DNA of 64,000 nucleotides, taken from positions 19,406,001 to 19,470,000 of the forward strand of contig NC_058383.1 of assembly GCF_018350175.1 (NCBI RefSeq), read 5' to 3'. The notes beneath the pieces were generated by a model that saw nothing but the letters and a program-made list of their open reading frames with translations, was not told where the DNA came from and ran no database searches. The stretch comes from Felis catus (lineage: Eukaryota). Shown in pieces: positions 1-12,468 of this stretch. The position numbers were made by a program, and so were the translations under genes. Position 1 is the first letter of the stretch. Each line of letters starts with the position of its first letter.

Positions 1-888
1 CAATTACANNNNNNNNNNNNNNNNNNNNNNNNNNNNNNNNNNNNNNNNNNNNNNNNNNNNNNNNNNNNNNNNNNNNNNNNNNNNNNNNNNNNNNNNNNNN
101 NNNNNNNNNNNNNNNNNNNNNNNNNNNNNNNNNNNNNNNNNNNNNNNNNNNNNNNNNAAGTATTGTTAAAATGTCCATACCACTCAAAGCAATCTACAGA
201 CTTAATGCAAAACCCATCAAAATACCAACAGCATTCTTCACAGAACTAGAACAAATCATCTGAAAATTTGTAGGGAACCATAAAAGACCCTAAATAGCCA
301 AAGCAGTCTTGAAAAAAAAACAAAACTGGAGGTATCACATTCCCAGATTTCAAGATATACTACAAAGCAGTAGTAATTAAAACAATATGGTACTGGCACA
401 AAAACAGACACATAGATCGATGGATCAGAATAGAAAACCTAGAAATAAACCCACAATGTTATGGTCAATTAAACTTTGACAAAGTGGGCAAGAATATCTA
501 ATGGAAAAAAGACAATCTCTTCAACAAATGGTGTTGGGGAAACATAACAGCAACACGCAAAAGAATGGAACTGGACCTCTTTCTTACACCACACACAAAA
601 ATAAACTCAAAATGGATGTGAGACCTGAAACCATAAAAATCCTAGAAGAGAGTACAGGCAGCAATGTCTTTCTGTTATATGTCTATAACCACTTCTTTCT
701 AAATATGTCTCCTGAGGCAAGAGAAACAAAAGCAAAAATAAACTATTGGGACTTCGTCAAAACAAAAACCTTCTGCATAGCAGAGGAGACCATCAACAAA
801 ACTTAAAACACAATGTATTGAATTGGAAAAGATATATCTGCAAATGACATATCCAATAAAGGGGCAGTATCCAAAAATGTAAAGAACT

Positions 889-1127
889 NNNNNNNNNNNN
901 NNNNNNNNNNNNNNNNNNNNNNNNNNNNNNNNNNNNNNNNNNNNNNNNNNNNNNNNNNNNNNNNNNNNNNNNNNNNNNNNNNNNNNNNNNNNNNNNNNNN
1001 NNNNNNNNNNNNNNNNNNNNNNNNNNNNNNNNNNNNNNNNNNNNNNNNNNNNNNNNNNNNNNNNNNNNNNNNNNNNNNNNNNNNNNNNNNNNNNNNNNNN
1101 NNNNNNNNNNNNNNNNNNNNNNNNNNN
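889..1127. other. Assembly gap (others at 9-157, 23118-23247, 54756-54887)
   Basis: N runs. Confidence 0.99.
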
Positions 1128-1455
1128 TGGCAGAATGGCTGATATCAAAAACACAAGAAACCACAAATATTGTTGAGGATGTGGAGAAATGGGAAGTCTG
1201 CTGCACTGCTGGTGGGCATGCAAACTGGTACGGCCACTGTGGAAGACAGTATGGAGTTTCCTCAAAAGAGTAAAAATTGAATTACCATATGATCCAGTAA
1301 TCCCACTATTGGGTATTTACCCAAAGAATATGAAAACGCTAATTTACTAATTTGAAAAGATATAGGCACCTCTATGTTTATTGCAGCATTATTTACAATG
1401 GCCAAATTATGGAAGCAGCCCAAGTATCCACTGATAGATGAATGGATACACAAGA

Positions 1456-1457
1456 GT

Positions 1458-1496
<39 letters not shown>
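1456..1496. repeat. (GT)n microsatellite
   Basis: Direct read. Confidence 0.95.
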
Positions 1497-1497
<1 letters not shown>

Positions 1498-1547
1498 ACG
1501 TCTACACAATGGAATATTACTCATCCATAAAAAAAGAATGAAATCTT

Positions 1548-1770
1548 GGGGCGCCTGGGTGGCTCGGTCGGTTAAGCGACCGGCTTCGGCTCAGGTCATG
1601 ATCTCGCAGTCTGTGGGTTCGAGCCCCACGTCCAGCTCTGTGCTGACAGCTCGGAGCCTGGAGCTGGCTTCGGATTCTGTGTCTCCCTCTCTCTCTGACC
1701 CTCCCCCATTCATGTTCTGTCTCTCTGTCTCAAAAATAAATAAACATTAAAAAAAAAAAAAAAAAAAAAA
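1548..1770 (+). mobile_element. CanSINE (tRNA-derived) inserted in L1
   Basis: ggggcgcctgggtggctc head, (CT)n, poly(A); TSD aagaatgaaatctt. Confidence 0.95.
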
Positions 1771-2147
1771 GAATGAAATCTTCCCATTTGCAACAATACG
1801 GGTGGATTCAGAGGATATAATGCTAAGTGAAATCAGTCAGGTAGAGAAAGTCCAATACCATGTGATTTTACTCATATGTGGAATTAAAACAAAACAAAAC
1901 AAATGAACAAAGAAAAAAGAGACAAACCAGAAAACGGACTCTTAACTATAGAGAACAAACTGATGGTCACCAGAGGGGAGATGGGTGAAATAGGTGAAGG
2001 GTACACGTATGCACCTGAAACTAATATAACGCTGCATGTTAACTACACTGGAATTAAAACAGAACAGACAACAAGACACATCGATGAGCTAAACCTGGCC
2101 CCCGCAGTCAGGGATCCAGGACCTCCCCGCTGGCCATACCTACTTCT

Positions 2148-2370
2148 TTAAAAAAAATTTTAATGTTTATTTATTTTTGAGACAGAGAGACAGACAGACA
2201 GAGTGTGAGCGAGAGAGGGGCAGAGAGAGATGGAAACACAGAATCCGAAGCAGCCTCCAGGTTCTGAACTGTCAGCACAGAGCCCAACATGGGGCTCGAA
2301 CCCACGAACCGCAAGACCGTGACCTGAGCCGAAGTGGGACACTTAACCTGCTGAGCCACCCAGGTGCCCC
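2148..2370 (-). mobile_element. CanSINE
   Basis: Reverse-strand SINE; TSD tggccatacctacttct / tggccacacctatttct. Confidence 0.93.
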
Positions 2371-3038
2371 TGGCCACACCTATTTCTATTCATCACTGTA
2401 TTTCTACCCTTATCTTGAATTCCAGCATAATTTTTTCAAGTCATAACTAGTAAATCCTCTCTTACATGCCCCTATTTTCTCTGGGTTGCTTTTTTTTTTT
2501 CTTTTCCAGTTTGAAACATACTTTGAACGTGACCAAAGAGTGAGAAAAACAAAATGTGAAGGGTTCATATTCGTTTTCTTAATATAATTATGTATTGATA
2601 CAGTAACACAAAGTTAATTTTCTATCTAAAATTCATCTCTTTCATCAAACACCTAAATAAAATAATTGTCTATGAAAATATTTCTAAAATACATTAAGAC
2701 TTTCCTGTCTTCTTTAAAAGAGTGTGTTGAACATCGCTTGGCCTTTTCTTGATACTAATGGTCAAAATTCTGGATAGAAATTGATCCATAATAGAGAAGA
2801 TGCTGTCAGGAGCTATTACGGTTTTGTATCTTTCATTTGTTATTTTAAGTAACATCCTCTGGCACCAGAAGTATAGGATATGGTTTTGAAGACAAGGGCA
2901 GAGCCTCTCTCATCTTTTTCTGGCTTTTGTGAACCTCCTGGATTTTTGTTGTTGTTTTATTTTGTTTTTTACTTTATAGTTATCCTAATTTTGTATGATG
3001 GAGATGAGATTCTAACTTTGAATTTTAAAGCTCCTTTT

Positions 3039-3262
3039 GGGGGGGGGGGGGCGCCTGGGTGGCTCAGTCCGTTAAGCAACCGGCTCTTGGTTTCAGCTCG
3101 GGTCATATTTTCATGGTTCATGAGTTCAAGCCCCACACTGGGCTCCACGCTAACACCACAGAGCCTGCTTGAGATTCTCTCTCTCCTTCTCTGCTGCTCG
3201 TATGCTCTGGGTCTCTCTCTCTCTCAAAATAAAATAAATAAACTTAAAGACTTTTAAACTTT
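3039..3262 (+). mobile_element. CanSINE
   Basis: SINE head, (CT)n, A-rich tail. Confidence 0.9.
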
Positions 3263-4309
3263 TTTTTATAGTCCCCAGTTCCAACTCACAAAGTGCAAAT
3301 TATTTCCAAAACTTTCCTTCTGTACGAGGTAAACTGAAATCTTCAGTCCTTCCGATTCACAATCACTGGGAATTCTTTTGTTAAAAACTATGCTATCTCC
3401 TATATACAACTTCTGTATCTTAAAAATTAGCTCTAAAATATGCATTTCAAATACTCTACACGGTTCTTACAGAATCAAAAATTGAGATCCACAGCTGTCT
3501 TTTCCCTAAAACTGGGGTTCTCAAACATGGCAAAATGTTTGCAAAATGTGGGCTACTTCAAACAAACAAACAAACATGCCTGAGCCCAAGCCCAGGATCA
3601 AAATCTGAACCTCTGGAAGATAGAACCTGTGCATTTGTGTTTATTTTATTTAGTTGTTAGCTTTTTACTTTTCATGTTGTGCTTATTGTAGATTTCTTAT
3701 GCTGTTTGTAAGAAATAACAGAGAGAGAGAGATCCTATGTACCCTTCAGTCAGTTTCCCCCACGGTAGCATCTTGCATAATTAAAGCACAAAAGCACAAT
3801 CAGGAAATTGACATCAATATAATCCTACAGAGTTTTTAAAACTAGGTCTCCTTAAAAGGAAACTTTTCTCTTTTTTTCTTTGCTGATGCTTAGCTCTACT
3901 GAAGCGGCATATCCCCCTCCTTAATGTGCTAGCTTTAAAAAAAAAAACAACAACTTTTTATTTTGAAAAAAAGGTAAAACCCACAGAAAATATATCTGAA
4001 TACTATAATGGGAAGGGTATAATGAATACCCACATACCCTCCACCTACATTCATTGGTTCTTCACCAATTCTGGGCAGACCTGAGAACTGGAGCCTTCTC
4101 TTACATAAACAGAACAGACAGAATCATCGAATTCAGGAAATTTAACATCCATACAATATTATCTAATATAATGTAGTTCATTTTCAAATTCGTTAATTTC
4201 CCAAAACCACCCTTAAATTTAGGGCAATTAGCACCCCCAACAGCCCCCTGCCACCCCACCCCCCCCAACAAGGATCTCATGTGGCGTAACTGTGGTATGC
4301 TGTTAGCCT

Positions 4310-4507
4310 CTTTTTTGTTCTTTTTAACGTTTATTTATTTCTGAGACAGAGAGAGACACAGCATGAGTGGGGGAGGGGCAGAGAGAGAGGGAGACACAGA
4401 ATCCGAAGCAGGCTCTAGGCCCGATGCAGGGCTCGAACTCACAAACCGTGAGATCGTGACCTGAGCCGAAGTCGGCCACTCAGCCGACTGAGCCCCCCAG
4501 GCACCCC
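4310..4507 (-). mobile_element. CanSINE with internal deletion
   Basis: TSD tgctgttagcctctttt / tgctggtagcctctttt. Confidence 0.9.
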
Positions 4508-5277
4508 TGCTGGTAGCCTCTTTTATCTGGAATAACCTTTCTCACTTATGCCATTGGTAGTTTTGAAGCCTCCACGTGAGCTGTTTTGTAGACAGTCCCT
4601 CAATTTGGCTTTGTTTGGTTGATTCCTCATTGGGTTTCATTTTTGAAAAGCATTGTTCATCAACGTTCCCAGCTATGGGTTCACTGAGGAGATAGACATT
4701 CGGCAAAGGAGAGGTCTTCTCGATCATAAGCACAACTGACAGATGGCCACCTCTCAGCACCTTGCTTCCAGGCTGAACATCAATGATATTTACAACAGAC
4801 TGTGCCCCTACAGAGAGCTGGGCACTTTGGGGAGCAAAAGCAGGCCAGCGCAATTCCCAGCCTAGGATTGTTAATTGCAAGGAATAAGGAGTCATGGGGT
4901 TGAGGTTTCCAGTCTGGGTTTCTCTGAGGGCTGGGTGAACAACATCCTTTCTCCCGTCCTCAGTTTCTCCAAACTACAAAATGAGGACGAAAGTACCTAG
5001 CAGTTAACTCACAGGGTTAATGCAGTGATGGATGTTCCACACTCAGCACGGTGCTTAGCACTTAGTAAATGTTCATTTAATGGGAGCTTCTACCCACATG
5101 AAAAACTAGATCATTAAGTCAAATCTCACATGTATTGTTTTAAACCTAACGGGGGGGCTAGAGGTTTTCTGTTAAAGCCAAATCCTGTTGTGATTTTCCT
5201 ATCCTACAGCCCAGCTGCTTGGCTGTGGCAAAGACCCCTGGCCCTTCATGGGGTTATGAGGCTGAACTCCATCTTAC

Positions 5278-5406
5278 CATTACATCCTGAATAGTTAAGA
5301 GGATCCTTTCTTTGTCTGCATTGCTGGCAGGGTCTGGTAATCCATGTGCATTCAGAAGGGAGAAATTAAAGTCACAGGGCGTGGTGCCGGTAGGAGACTT
5401 GGTACC
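5278..5406 (-). CDS. KATNIP: Candidate alternative in-frame cassette exon of KATNIP, 129 nt (43 aa)
   Basis: ccattctctctgcttgcccctag|GGTACC...GTAATG|gtaaga. Phase 0/0, no stop: GTKSPTGTTPCDFNFSLLNAHGLPDPASNADKERILLTIQDVM. Confidence 0.7.
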
Positions 5407-6448
5407 CTAGGGGCAAGCAGAGAGAATGGGCGTGGTAAAAGCAATTTATGTCCCTGAAGATGCGCTGGGTCCCTCGTTCTCTCTGTTGGTCTCCATGCCT
5501 CCCGTCTGCCTCCTCACCGTCCATCATTCTCGGCTCTCTCCCCCAAAGCTGAGCTGGTCAAACTCATCCCTGCCCTACCCACACTGCTGTAGACACACAG
5601 TTAGTAAAGAGACCAGGATCCAAACTCAGGGCACCAACAACCTAGACACTGGGCTCAGTGAGTACCGAGATACGGCCTCCACATCTTGCTGAATAAAGAA
5701 AGTGGGATATCAAATAGTGTGGATGGTATATAATCCCATGTATGTGGAAACAGCTATAAAAAGTAAAGGAAAAAATGGTTCTCACTTGAAAGTTATTTAA
5801 ATGGTAATCCAAAACAGAAGTACCCAAGCAATGGGATGGGCTTAAAGACAATCTTTCATTTTTTAAGCCTCGCCGTTGAAATTAATGAATGGCAAACTGG
5901 AGGGATTTGCTACAGGGCCCTCCCTGCTGGGAACCGGGTGGGATTCCCACTGGGGATGCCTGGCCAGTGATGGCACCCTCTAATCTCCACGATTCCCATA
6001 GGTGAGCCGTCATGGGCCTCGGCAGAGTCCACATGTGGTGGACCTACTGGGGGCACACAGGCTGTGAACAGGTCTTCAGTTGTTTGTATGTGTCAGCAAG
6101 TAACAATGACTTTAAAACATTGAATTGTAATCGTGGGCAAATATCCAGTTCATCCCACACCAGGGTCCACACAATGGAGGCATTCCAGAAGATGATAGGG
6201 CGGTCAAGTCTTCCCATCACCCATCGTGCTCGCAGGAAAAATCAAAAAACTAAACTCAGGAATTACCATCACTCACTGGGGATGGGCCAGGACTGGAACA
6301 TTCCAGATAAACCATCTCCTGTTGGATGTAATCAATACATTACGTATGTAATGAATGTAAGAAACTTTTATTCTGGATGGATACACCCATCTATGACCTC
6401 TGGGGCAGTGGGATTATGAAAAGACTTTTATTTTCTTTGTATGGGTTG

Positions 6449-6660
6449 AATTTTATTTTTTTAACTTTTATTTTTTATTTTAGACAGGGCGGGGGGGGGT
6501 GGGGGCAAGAGGGGTAGAGGGAGAGAAAGAGAGAATCCCAAGCAGGCTCCAGGCTCAGTGCGGAGCCCAAAGCAGGGCTCGATCCCACAACGCTGGGATC
6601 ACGATCTGAGCCGAAATCAAAGAGTCAGCCGCTCAACCGACTCAGCCACCCAGACGCCCC
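6449..6660 (-). mobile_element. CanSINE
   Basis: Ends gccacccagacgcccc; T-rich tail at left. Confidence 0.9.
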
Positions 6661-6734
6661 GATACATTGTTTATTGTCTGTTTTTATCTTCGGTGTGTGG
6701 AACGGTACCTGGGATCTGTCGCGGGGACCAGGCA

Positions 6735-6975
6735 CCTGCAGTGCACGCACCTGTCTAAGGGGACAGCCGCTCCTCAGCTCCGACCGCTGCTGTCACGTAA
6801 GGATGTGGCTCCCAAACGTTCGGATTTTTCAAGAGAAGCCCCAAATTCCCATTTTGACATGGACTCTCCTGATTCTTAAATGTCAGCTAGTAATTCTTTC
6901 GAAAACACCGTGCAAGTCAATGCGCTGAGGCCAACGGAGCATGTCTGCGGCATGCGGGTCTGCGAACCCGGAGCC
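6735..6975 (+). mobile_element. hAT-Charlie fossil (MER102-like)
   Basis: tctaaggggacagccgctcctcagctcc...gatttttcaagagaagcc resembles the recalled consensus. Confidence 0.6.
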
Positions 6976-8122
6976 CGCAAGAAATTGAAGATCACCAAGG
7001 GTATGATTGAAGGCAAACAGGCTGGTATGTTTCAACAGTGAAGGTCGGATGAAAAGTACACATGCGGACGCGGATTTCCTTTTGCTCGCCTCGGAGCTGC
7101 GCTTGCAAACAGTGTGAGGTGGCTGAATATATTTAGCCACACGCTTTTCTTCTTTTTTTTTTTTTCCTCTCTAGTTCAGACTGCATCTCTTAAGGCTTCT
7201 GCCTCGGCCGAAAACACGTGTTACCATTTCACTCTTTCGCTTCCCAGGAAAATAACTCCGAGGGGAAATTGACTGTGAAGCCTTACGGAGTGCCCCCTCA
7301 AGATGGGGAGAAAAAGGAAAGAAGGAAATACACTCAAGCGCTCACAGTGGAGACAAGGCAGGGCGGGCAGGGCAGGGCCATGCTGCTGCTTCAGAGGGTG
7401 TGTGCACCCAGGAATGCTAATGGAGCTTACAGCTCGTGAGGGGCGGGCTGCCTTGTGCTGCAGGCAGCCTGGGGGCTTGCAAAGGAAGGAATATATGTTC
7501 ACTTAACAGGGGGTACCAGAGGAGAAGAGGGAACTACCCCACTTTTTGCGCCGAAGGCATGCACACATTCCGTGTGGGGCGGGAGCGTGGCCGGGACTGG
7601 ACCGGGCTGAACTTGGCTACAGACCAGCCTCCCAAGCTAAGAGAAACTGATGGCTGTTGGCAGACGCACGTGCTCAGACCCTGAGCCGGGGGCCGTTCTG
7701 TTGTTCCAAAAGCAAGTGTGTACGTGTGTGAGCATGTGTGCTGTGTTTGTGGTATGGGAGGTGGGTGTTAAAGGCAGTAAAGCCCACGCTAGAGTGTTGC
7801 CTACTGTAAAATCCCTTTAACAGGGACTGGGTAGGAAACAAGGGCACTGGGTTAAGTCCATAAAAACAGCGCCACCCCCCCCCCCACCGGCCCCCTCCAG
7901 GAAGACAGAATTTCCAATTTACTTTTAGACTTCTGCAGCTGGGATGTGAACCAAAGCAACCCTTTGCTCTTTACCGGTCCTTCTTTTATGAGCAAAGAAG
8001 GAAATACAAACAGGCAAACACAACACAAGAATGTTTCCTGGACAATATTCCCACTTTTATGAGTGCTTTGCAGTTCTTAAAGGCAGGGTTTGTTACGGGA
8101 GCGGCGTTCAAAAGCAAGATTT

Positions 8123-8351
8123 GGGGGGGCACCTGGGCAGCTCAGTCACTTAAGCTTCCGACTTCGGCTCAGGTCGTGATCTCGCGGTTCGTGAGTTCGA
8201 GCCCTGCGTCTGGCTCTGTGCTGACAGCTCGGAGCCAGGAGCCTGCTTCGGATTCTGTGTCTCCCTGTCTCTCTGCCCCTCTCCTGCTTATGCTCTCTCT
8301 CTCTCACACACACAAATAAATAAACATTAAAAACAATGTTTTTTTTTTTTA
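8123..8351 (+). mobile_element. CanSINE
   Basis: TSD aaaagcaagattt. Confidence 0.93.
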
Positions 8352-8869
8352 AAAAGCAAGATTTTGTTCTTTTAGGGAGGCTATTGAATCTGCAGCCTGC
8401 ACTCACAGTGGAACAAAGGTCCGGTGGATGGGACGGGGGATGGCCCGGGGGCCTCTGTCCTGTGGTGTCCCGATAATTTTGTTTCTATATAGACATGGCG
8501 ATGATCTATGCACTCATTCTATATATAAAAGCGATGCCCTCAGAATAAAATCCAGCTATCTGGACTCGCCCCTCACAGCCCCCTCCACTCCCCTGCCCGG
8601 GGCTCATCGTGCCCTGCCTGATCTGCCCCACACTCCCACCTTGCTCATGCTGTGCCTGAGCCTCATGTCGTCTGTGCTTGCTGTTCCCTCTGCCTGCAAT
8701 GCTTTTCCCACCAGGTTTCAGCTGAACTGTCACACCTGAAGGCAGCCTTCCCGCCCTCTCTGCCGTGTCTGAAGCTGCCCTCTCTCCCACACTGTTCCAC
8801 CTTCCTCTGTTTTCTTCACAGAACATGACCATATCTGCAATTATTGCTTTATTTATCTCTTGCTCTATT

Positions 8870-9762
8870 CTTTTTTTTTTTCAATTTTATTTTTTATTTC
8901 TTAAAATTTATATCTAAGTTAGCGAGCATAGAGTGCGACAATGATTTCAGGAGTAGACTCCTTAGTGCCCCTTCCCGATTTAGTCCATCCCCCCTCCCGC
9001 AACCCCTCCAGTAACCCTCTATTTGTTCTCCATATTGAAGAGTCTCTTCTGTTCTGTCCGCCTCCCTGTTTTTATATTACTTTTGTTTCCCTTCCCTTAT
9101 GTTCATCTGTTTTGTCTCTTCAAGTCCTCATATGAGTGAAGTCATAGGATTTTTGTCTTCCTCTAATTTCACTTAGCATAATACCCTCCAGTTCCATTCA
9201 CGTAGTTGCAAATGGCAAGATTTCATTCTTTTTTTTTTTTTTAAATTTTTTTTTTTTTTTTTTTTTTTCAACGTTTATTTATTTTTGGAACAGAGAGAGA
9301 CAGAGCATGAACGGGGGAGGGGCAGAGAGAGAGGCAGACACAGAATGGGAAACAGGCTCCAGGCTCTGAGCCATCAGCCCAGAGCCTGACGCGGGGCTCG
9401 AACTCACGGACCGTGAGATCGTGACCTGGCTGAAGTCGGACGCTTAACCGACTGCGCCACCCAGGCGCCCCAAGATTTCATTCTTTTTGATTGCTGAGTA
9501 ATACTCCATTGTATATATACACCACATCTTCTTTATCCATTCATCCACCGATGGACATTTGGGCTCTTTCCATACTTTGGCTACTGTCTATCGTGCTGCT
9601 ATAAACATGGGGGTGCTTGTGTCCCTTGGAAACAGCACACCTGTATCCCGTGGAGAAATGCCTCGTAGTGCCATGGCTGGGTCGTAGGGTAGTTCTAGTT
9701 TTAGTTTTTCAAGGAACCTCCATACTGTTCTCCAGAGTGGCTGTGCCAGCTTGCGTTCCCAT
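8870..9762 (-). mobile_element. 5'-truncated felid L1 3' end containing a SINE
   Basis: T-rich tail, atgatttcaggagtaga 3' UTR motif, reverse ORF2 C-terminal sequence. Confidence 0.9.
9228..9471 (-). mobile_element. Young felid CanSINE (SINEC_Fc type)
   Basis: Diagnostic gagccatcagcccagagc and gactgcgccacccagg; long poly(T); TSD aagatttcattcttt. Confidence 0.95.
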
Positions 9763-10543
9763 CTTGGTCTCTTCTTTATTGTCTACCCCTCCCCCCACCC
9801 CGGAATATAAGTTGCTTAAGAATAGGGCCCCCGTGCCTTTTGTTTGTTTCTGTGTCTCTAGTGCCAGGGACAGAGGCTGATGCTCCGAAGTGGGTGCCCA
9901 ACCAACGCTTGCTGAATAGAAGCCCAGCACGCACTGTCGGAGGTCCCTGGATTTCACAGGTGACACGGCGGTTTGAGGAGGGGACCGAAACGCCCCATTG
10001 CCTGCCTCATCAGCGGCTGCGCGGCTGTGGACTCTTGAGCTACAGTTCTGTGGGGCTTCTGGGCATTTCCGTGTGTGGCTTCTGCTGCCCCAGGGGGTGG
10101 GGTGATACTCAAAAGCTTTAACAGCAGGTGCATACATACAGTTGTGGCCAGGCTGAGTATCAGCTCTGCCCGCCTCCCCTCCCCTCCTTGCCCCACACTC
10201 CGCCCCAGCCTCTCGGACCCCGGCAAGTGTCACTTCCTCTAGGAAGCCTTCCCGGATACCCTCTCTCCTGGGCCCACCACGCCTTGCCCCACCCCTCAGC
10301 AAGCTCTTGCGGTGGAGGGACTGTAGGCTGTTGCCTCTTTGGGGTCGGACGCCAGCCCTTCTGACACCTGGACACCGTGTGCCTGGCAGAACATCCAGCA
10401 TGTGGCCTGGCCTGGGTGCTCGTCATGGCGTGGGAAAGGGAGGACAAGAGTGAAGGAACTTAGGGACAGAAGGAGGGAAGGAATAAAAAGCTGTCACAAA
10501 GTGCCCCCAGAGCCGCTACAGCACAAGCTGAGGCCAGTCCTAC

Positions 10544-10675
10544 CTGTGGACGGTCCCCGGAAGCGTCCTTGGCCTTGACGGTCACATCCCCACCCGGCTC
10601 AAAATCTTCAGAAGGGTCCAGAGGCGGCTCGATGTGCAGCCGCGGGCCAGCTTCCGTCCTGATCTGCACAGATTT
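10544..10675 (-). CDS. KATNIP: KATNIP coding exon (exon 6 equivalent), 132 nt
   Basis: ctttttctgtatag|AAATCTGTG...CCACAG|gtagga. Encodes KSVQIRTEAGPRLHIEPPLDPSEDFEPGGDVTVKAKDASGDRPQ; overlaps ORF 10460..10669. Confidence 0.96.
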
Positions 10676-10815
10676 CTATACAGAAAAAGTCAGATTGCTT
10701 CAGACGTGATGGGAGGAGCATCTGGATTCCTCCGAGGGGTGAGCACGTTAGCGGCTGATGGCGAGGCGGTAGGTCTGCATGGGCCACGCCACCCCTGCTC
10801 AGAAGCCCTGACTGG

Positions 10816-11028
10816 AGGGCCACCTGGGTGGCCCGGTCGGTTAAGAATCGGACTTCGGCTCAGGTCATGATCTCGCGGTTCGTGAGTTCGAGCCCCGCGT
10901 CGGGATCTATCCGGTCAGCACAGAGCCCCCCTCAGATCCTCTCTTCCCCCCTCTCTCTGCCCCTCCCCTGCTTATGCACGCGTGCACTCTCTCTCTCAAA
11001 AGTAAAAAAAAAAAAATTAAAAAAAAAA
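10816..11028 (+). mobile_element. CanSINE
   Basis: SINE body with poly(A); about 140 bp from the exon 6 acceptor. Confidence 0.9.
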
Positions 11029-11262
11029 GTCTTTACTGGTTCCTACTGCACAAAGGGTGTTCAGTACAATTTTTCACCAACTTTGTAGCTTGAACTACCT
11101 TCTCAGTAGAATTTCAGTGGCTGTTACACTCCCCCCCAAATTGGCTTTGTGATCAAATAAGTTTAGGAGACCCTGGGTTTTCCTCGGGACTTCTCAGGGC
11201 TGGGGCCAGGGTGGCACAAGGGAGGCACCCAGGGGACAACATCTAAGAAGGGGCTCCCTCTT

Positions 11263-11479
11263 AACAAAAATAATATAAAAACAGGGAGGGGGACAAAACA
11301 GAAGAGACCCATGAATATGGAGAACAAACTGAGGGTTGCTGGAGGGGTTTTGGGGGGGGGATGGGCTGAACGGGTAAGGGGCACTAAGGAATCTACTCCT
11401 GAAATCATTGTTTCACTGCATGCTAACTAATTTGGATGTAAATTTTAAAAAATAAAAAATAAAATTAAAAAAAAAAGAA
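11263..11479 (+). mobile_element. Severely 5'-truncated felid L1 (3' UTR only)
   Basis: tctactcctgaaatcattg motif and A tail; TSD aagaaggggctccctctt / aagaaggggttccctctt. Confidence 0.9.
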
Positions 11480-11649
11480 GAAGAAGGGGTTCCCTCTTGG
11501 GTGCCCTGCATGTGCACGAATCCAAGAGTGAGGGCCTCCTTAAACTTCCCTCTCCGGGCCTCACTCGAGTGAGGCCTGGCTACTAAAAGGAGGGACAGGT
11601 CGGCCAAGCCATGCGTACTGGGTTCGTTACCCCGCTGCGGGACAGAGAT

Positions 11650-11869
11650 TTGTTTTATTTTTTCTTAAGTTTATTTATTTTTTTTGAGAGAGATAGAGAG
11701 TGAGCAGGGGAGGGGCAGAGAGAGAGAGGGAGAAAGAGAGAATCCCAAGCAGGCTACCCACTGTCAGCACAGAGCTCGGTGTGGGGTCTGAACTCATGAG
11801 CTGTGAGAGCATGACCTGGGCCGAAACCAAGAGTCTGACGCTTAACCGACTGAGCCACCCAGGCGCCTG
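11650..11869 (-). mobile_element. CanSINE
   Basis: Ends gagccacccaggcgcc. Confidence 0.9.
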
Positions 11870-12279
11870 GGGACAGTGATTCATGCCTTTCCCCTCATGC
11901 CCTGGGTGAGAAGCCTCCACCCCTGTGAGACTCGGCTTCCCCACCAGCCTAGTGAACTTGATGATGAAGAAAATGATGCCGGAGCCTTACTGCCCTGCGG
12001 GGCTCTCACTGGGTAGGACCGAACACCTTTCTCACCCACGGTCACGCCGCCCCACCCCGCCCACCCCCGTGAGCGCGTTCACATTATGCGTCACGACACT
12101 GAATGCACACTGAGCGCCCCTCCAAGTCCTTCGCGTGCCTTTGCTCGTTCGGTCCTCACAGCAACCCCAGGGGGAAACCGAGGCACAAGGCCACAAGCCC
12201 CTTGCCCAAGGTCGCACAGTGAGGAAGCCACAGAGCCTCGATCTGAACCCCAGCAGCACAGCTCCAGAGGCCTTGCTCC

Positions 12280-12468
12280 AAACCAGGGACGGGTCCGTGT
12301 TTCCTGTACAGACTAAGGATTTTAGGTCCTGCCAATCATATGGTCTCTGTCACCAGAGTTCAGCTGTCCCAGTGTAGCTGGAAAGACTGTGTCCCCAAAA
12401 GACTTTATTTATAAGAACAGGCTGTGGCCAGATTTGGCCCGAGAGCTGTAGTTTGCTGAGGGACCCCA
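12280..12468. mobile_element. MER58-like hAT-Charlie fossil
   Basis: ctttatttataagaacaggctgtggccagatttggccc...tagtttgctga. Confidence 0.65.

Larger units (their letters stand above)
158..2060 (+). mobile_element. Degraded carnivore L1: 3' part of ORF2 plus 3' UTR, interrupted by a gap and a SINE
   Basis: L1 ORF2-like peptide ([27 protein letters not shown]) with stops and frameshifts; typical L1 3' motifs (atgctaagtgaaatcagtcag). Confidence 0.92.

Noticed and set aside
501-806. L1 ORF2-like ORF as an active element
   Set aside because: Fragment with surrounding stops and frameshifts; dead copy.
1548-1630. tRNA-like A/B boxes, repeated about 33 times in the window
   Set aside because: Heads of tRNA-derived CanSINEs, not tRNA genes; they also explain the recurring GAWVAQSVKRPTSAQV ORFs.
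3290-3333. 44-nt minus-strand AG...GTGAGT pseudo-exon
   Set aside because: Weak pyrimidine tract, frameshifting length, no other support.
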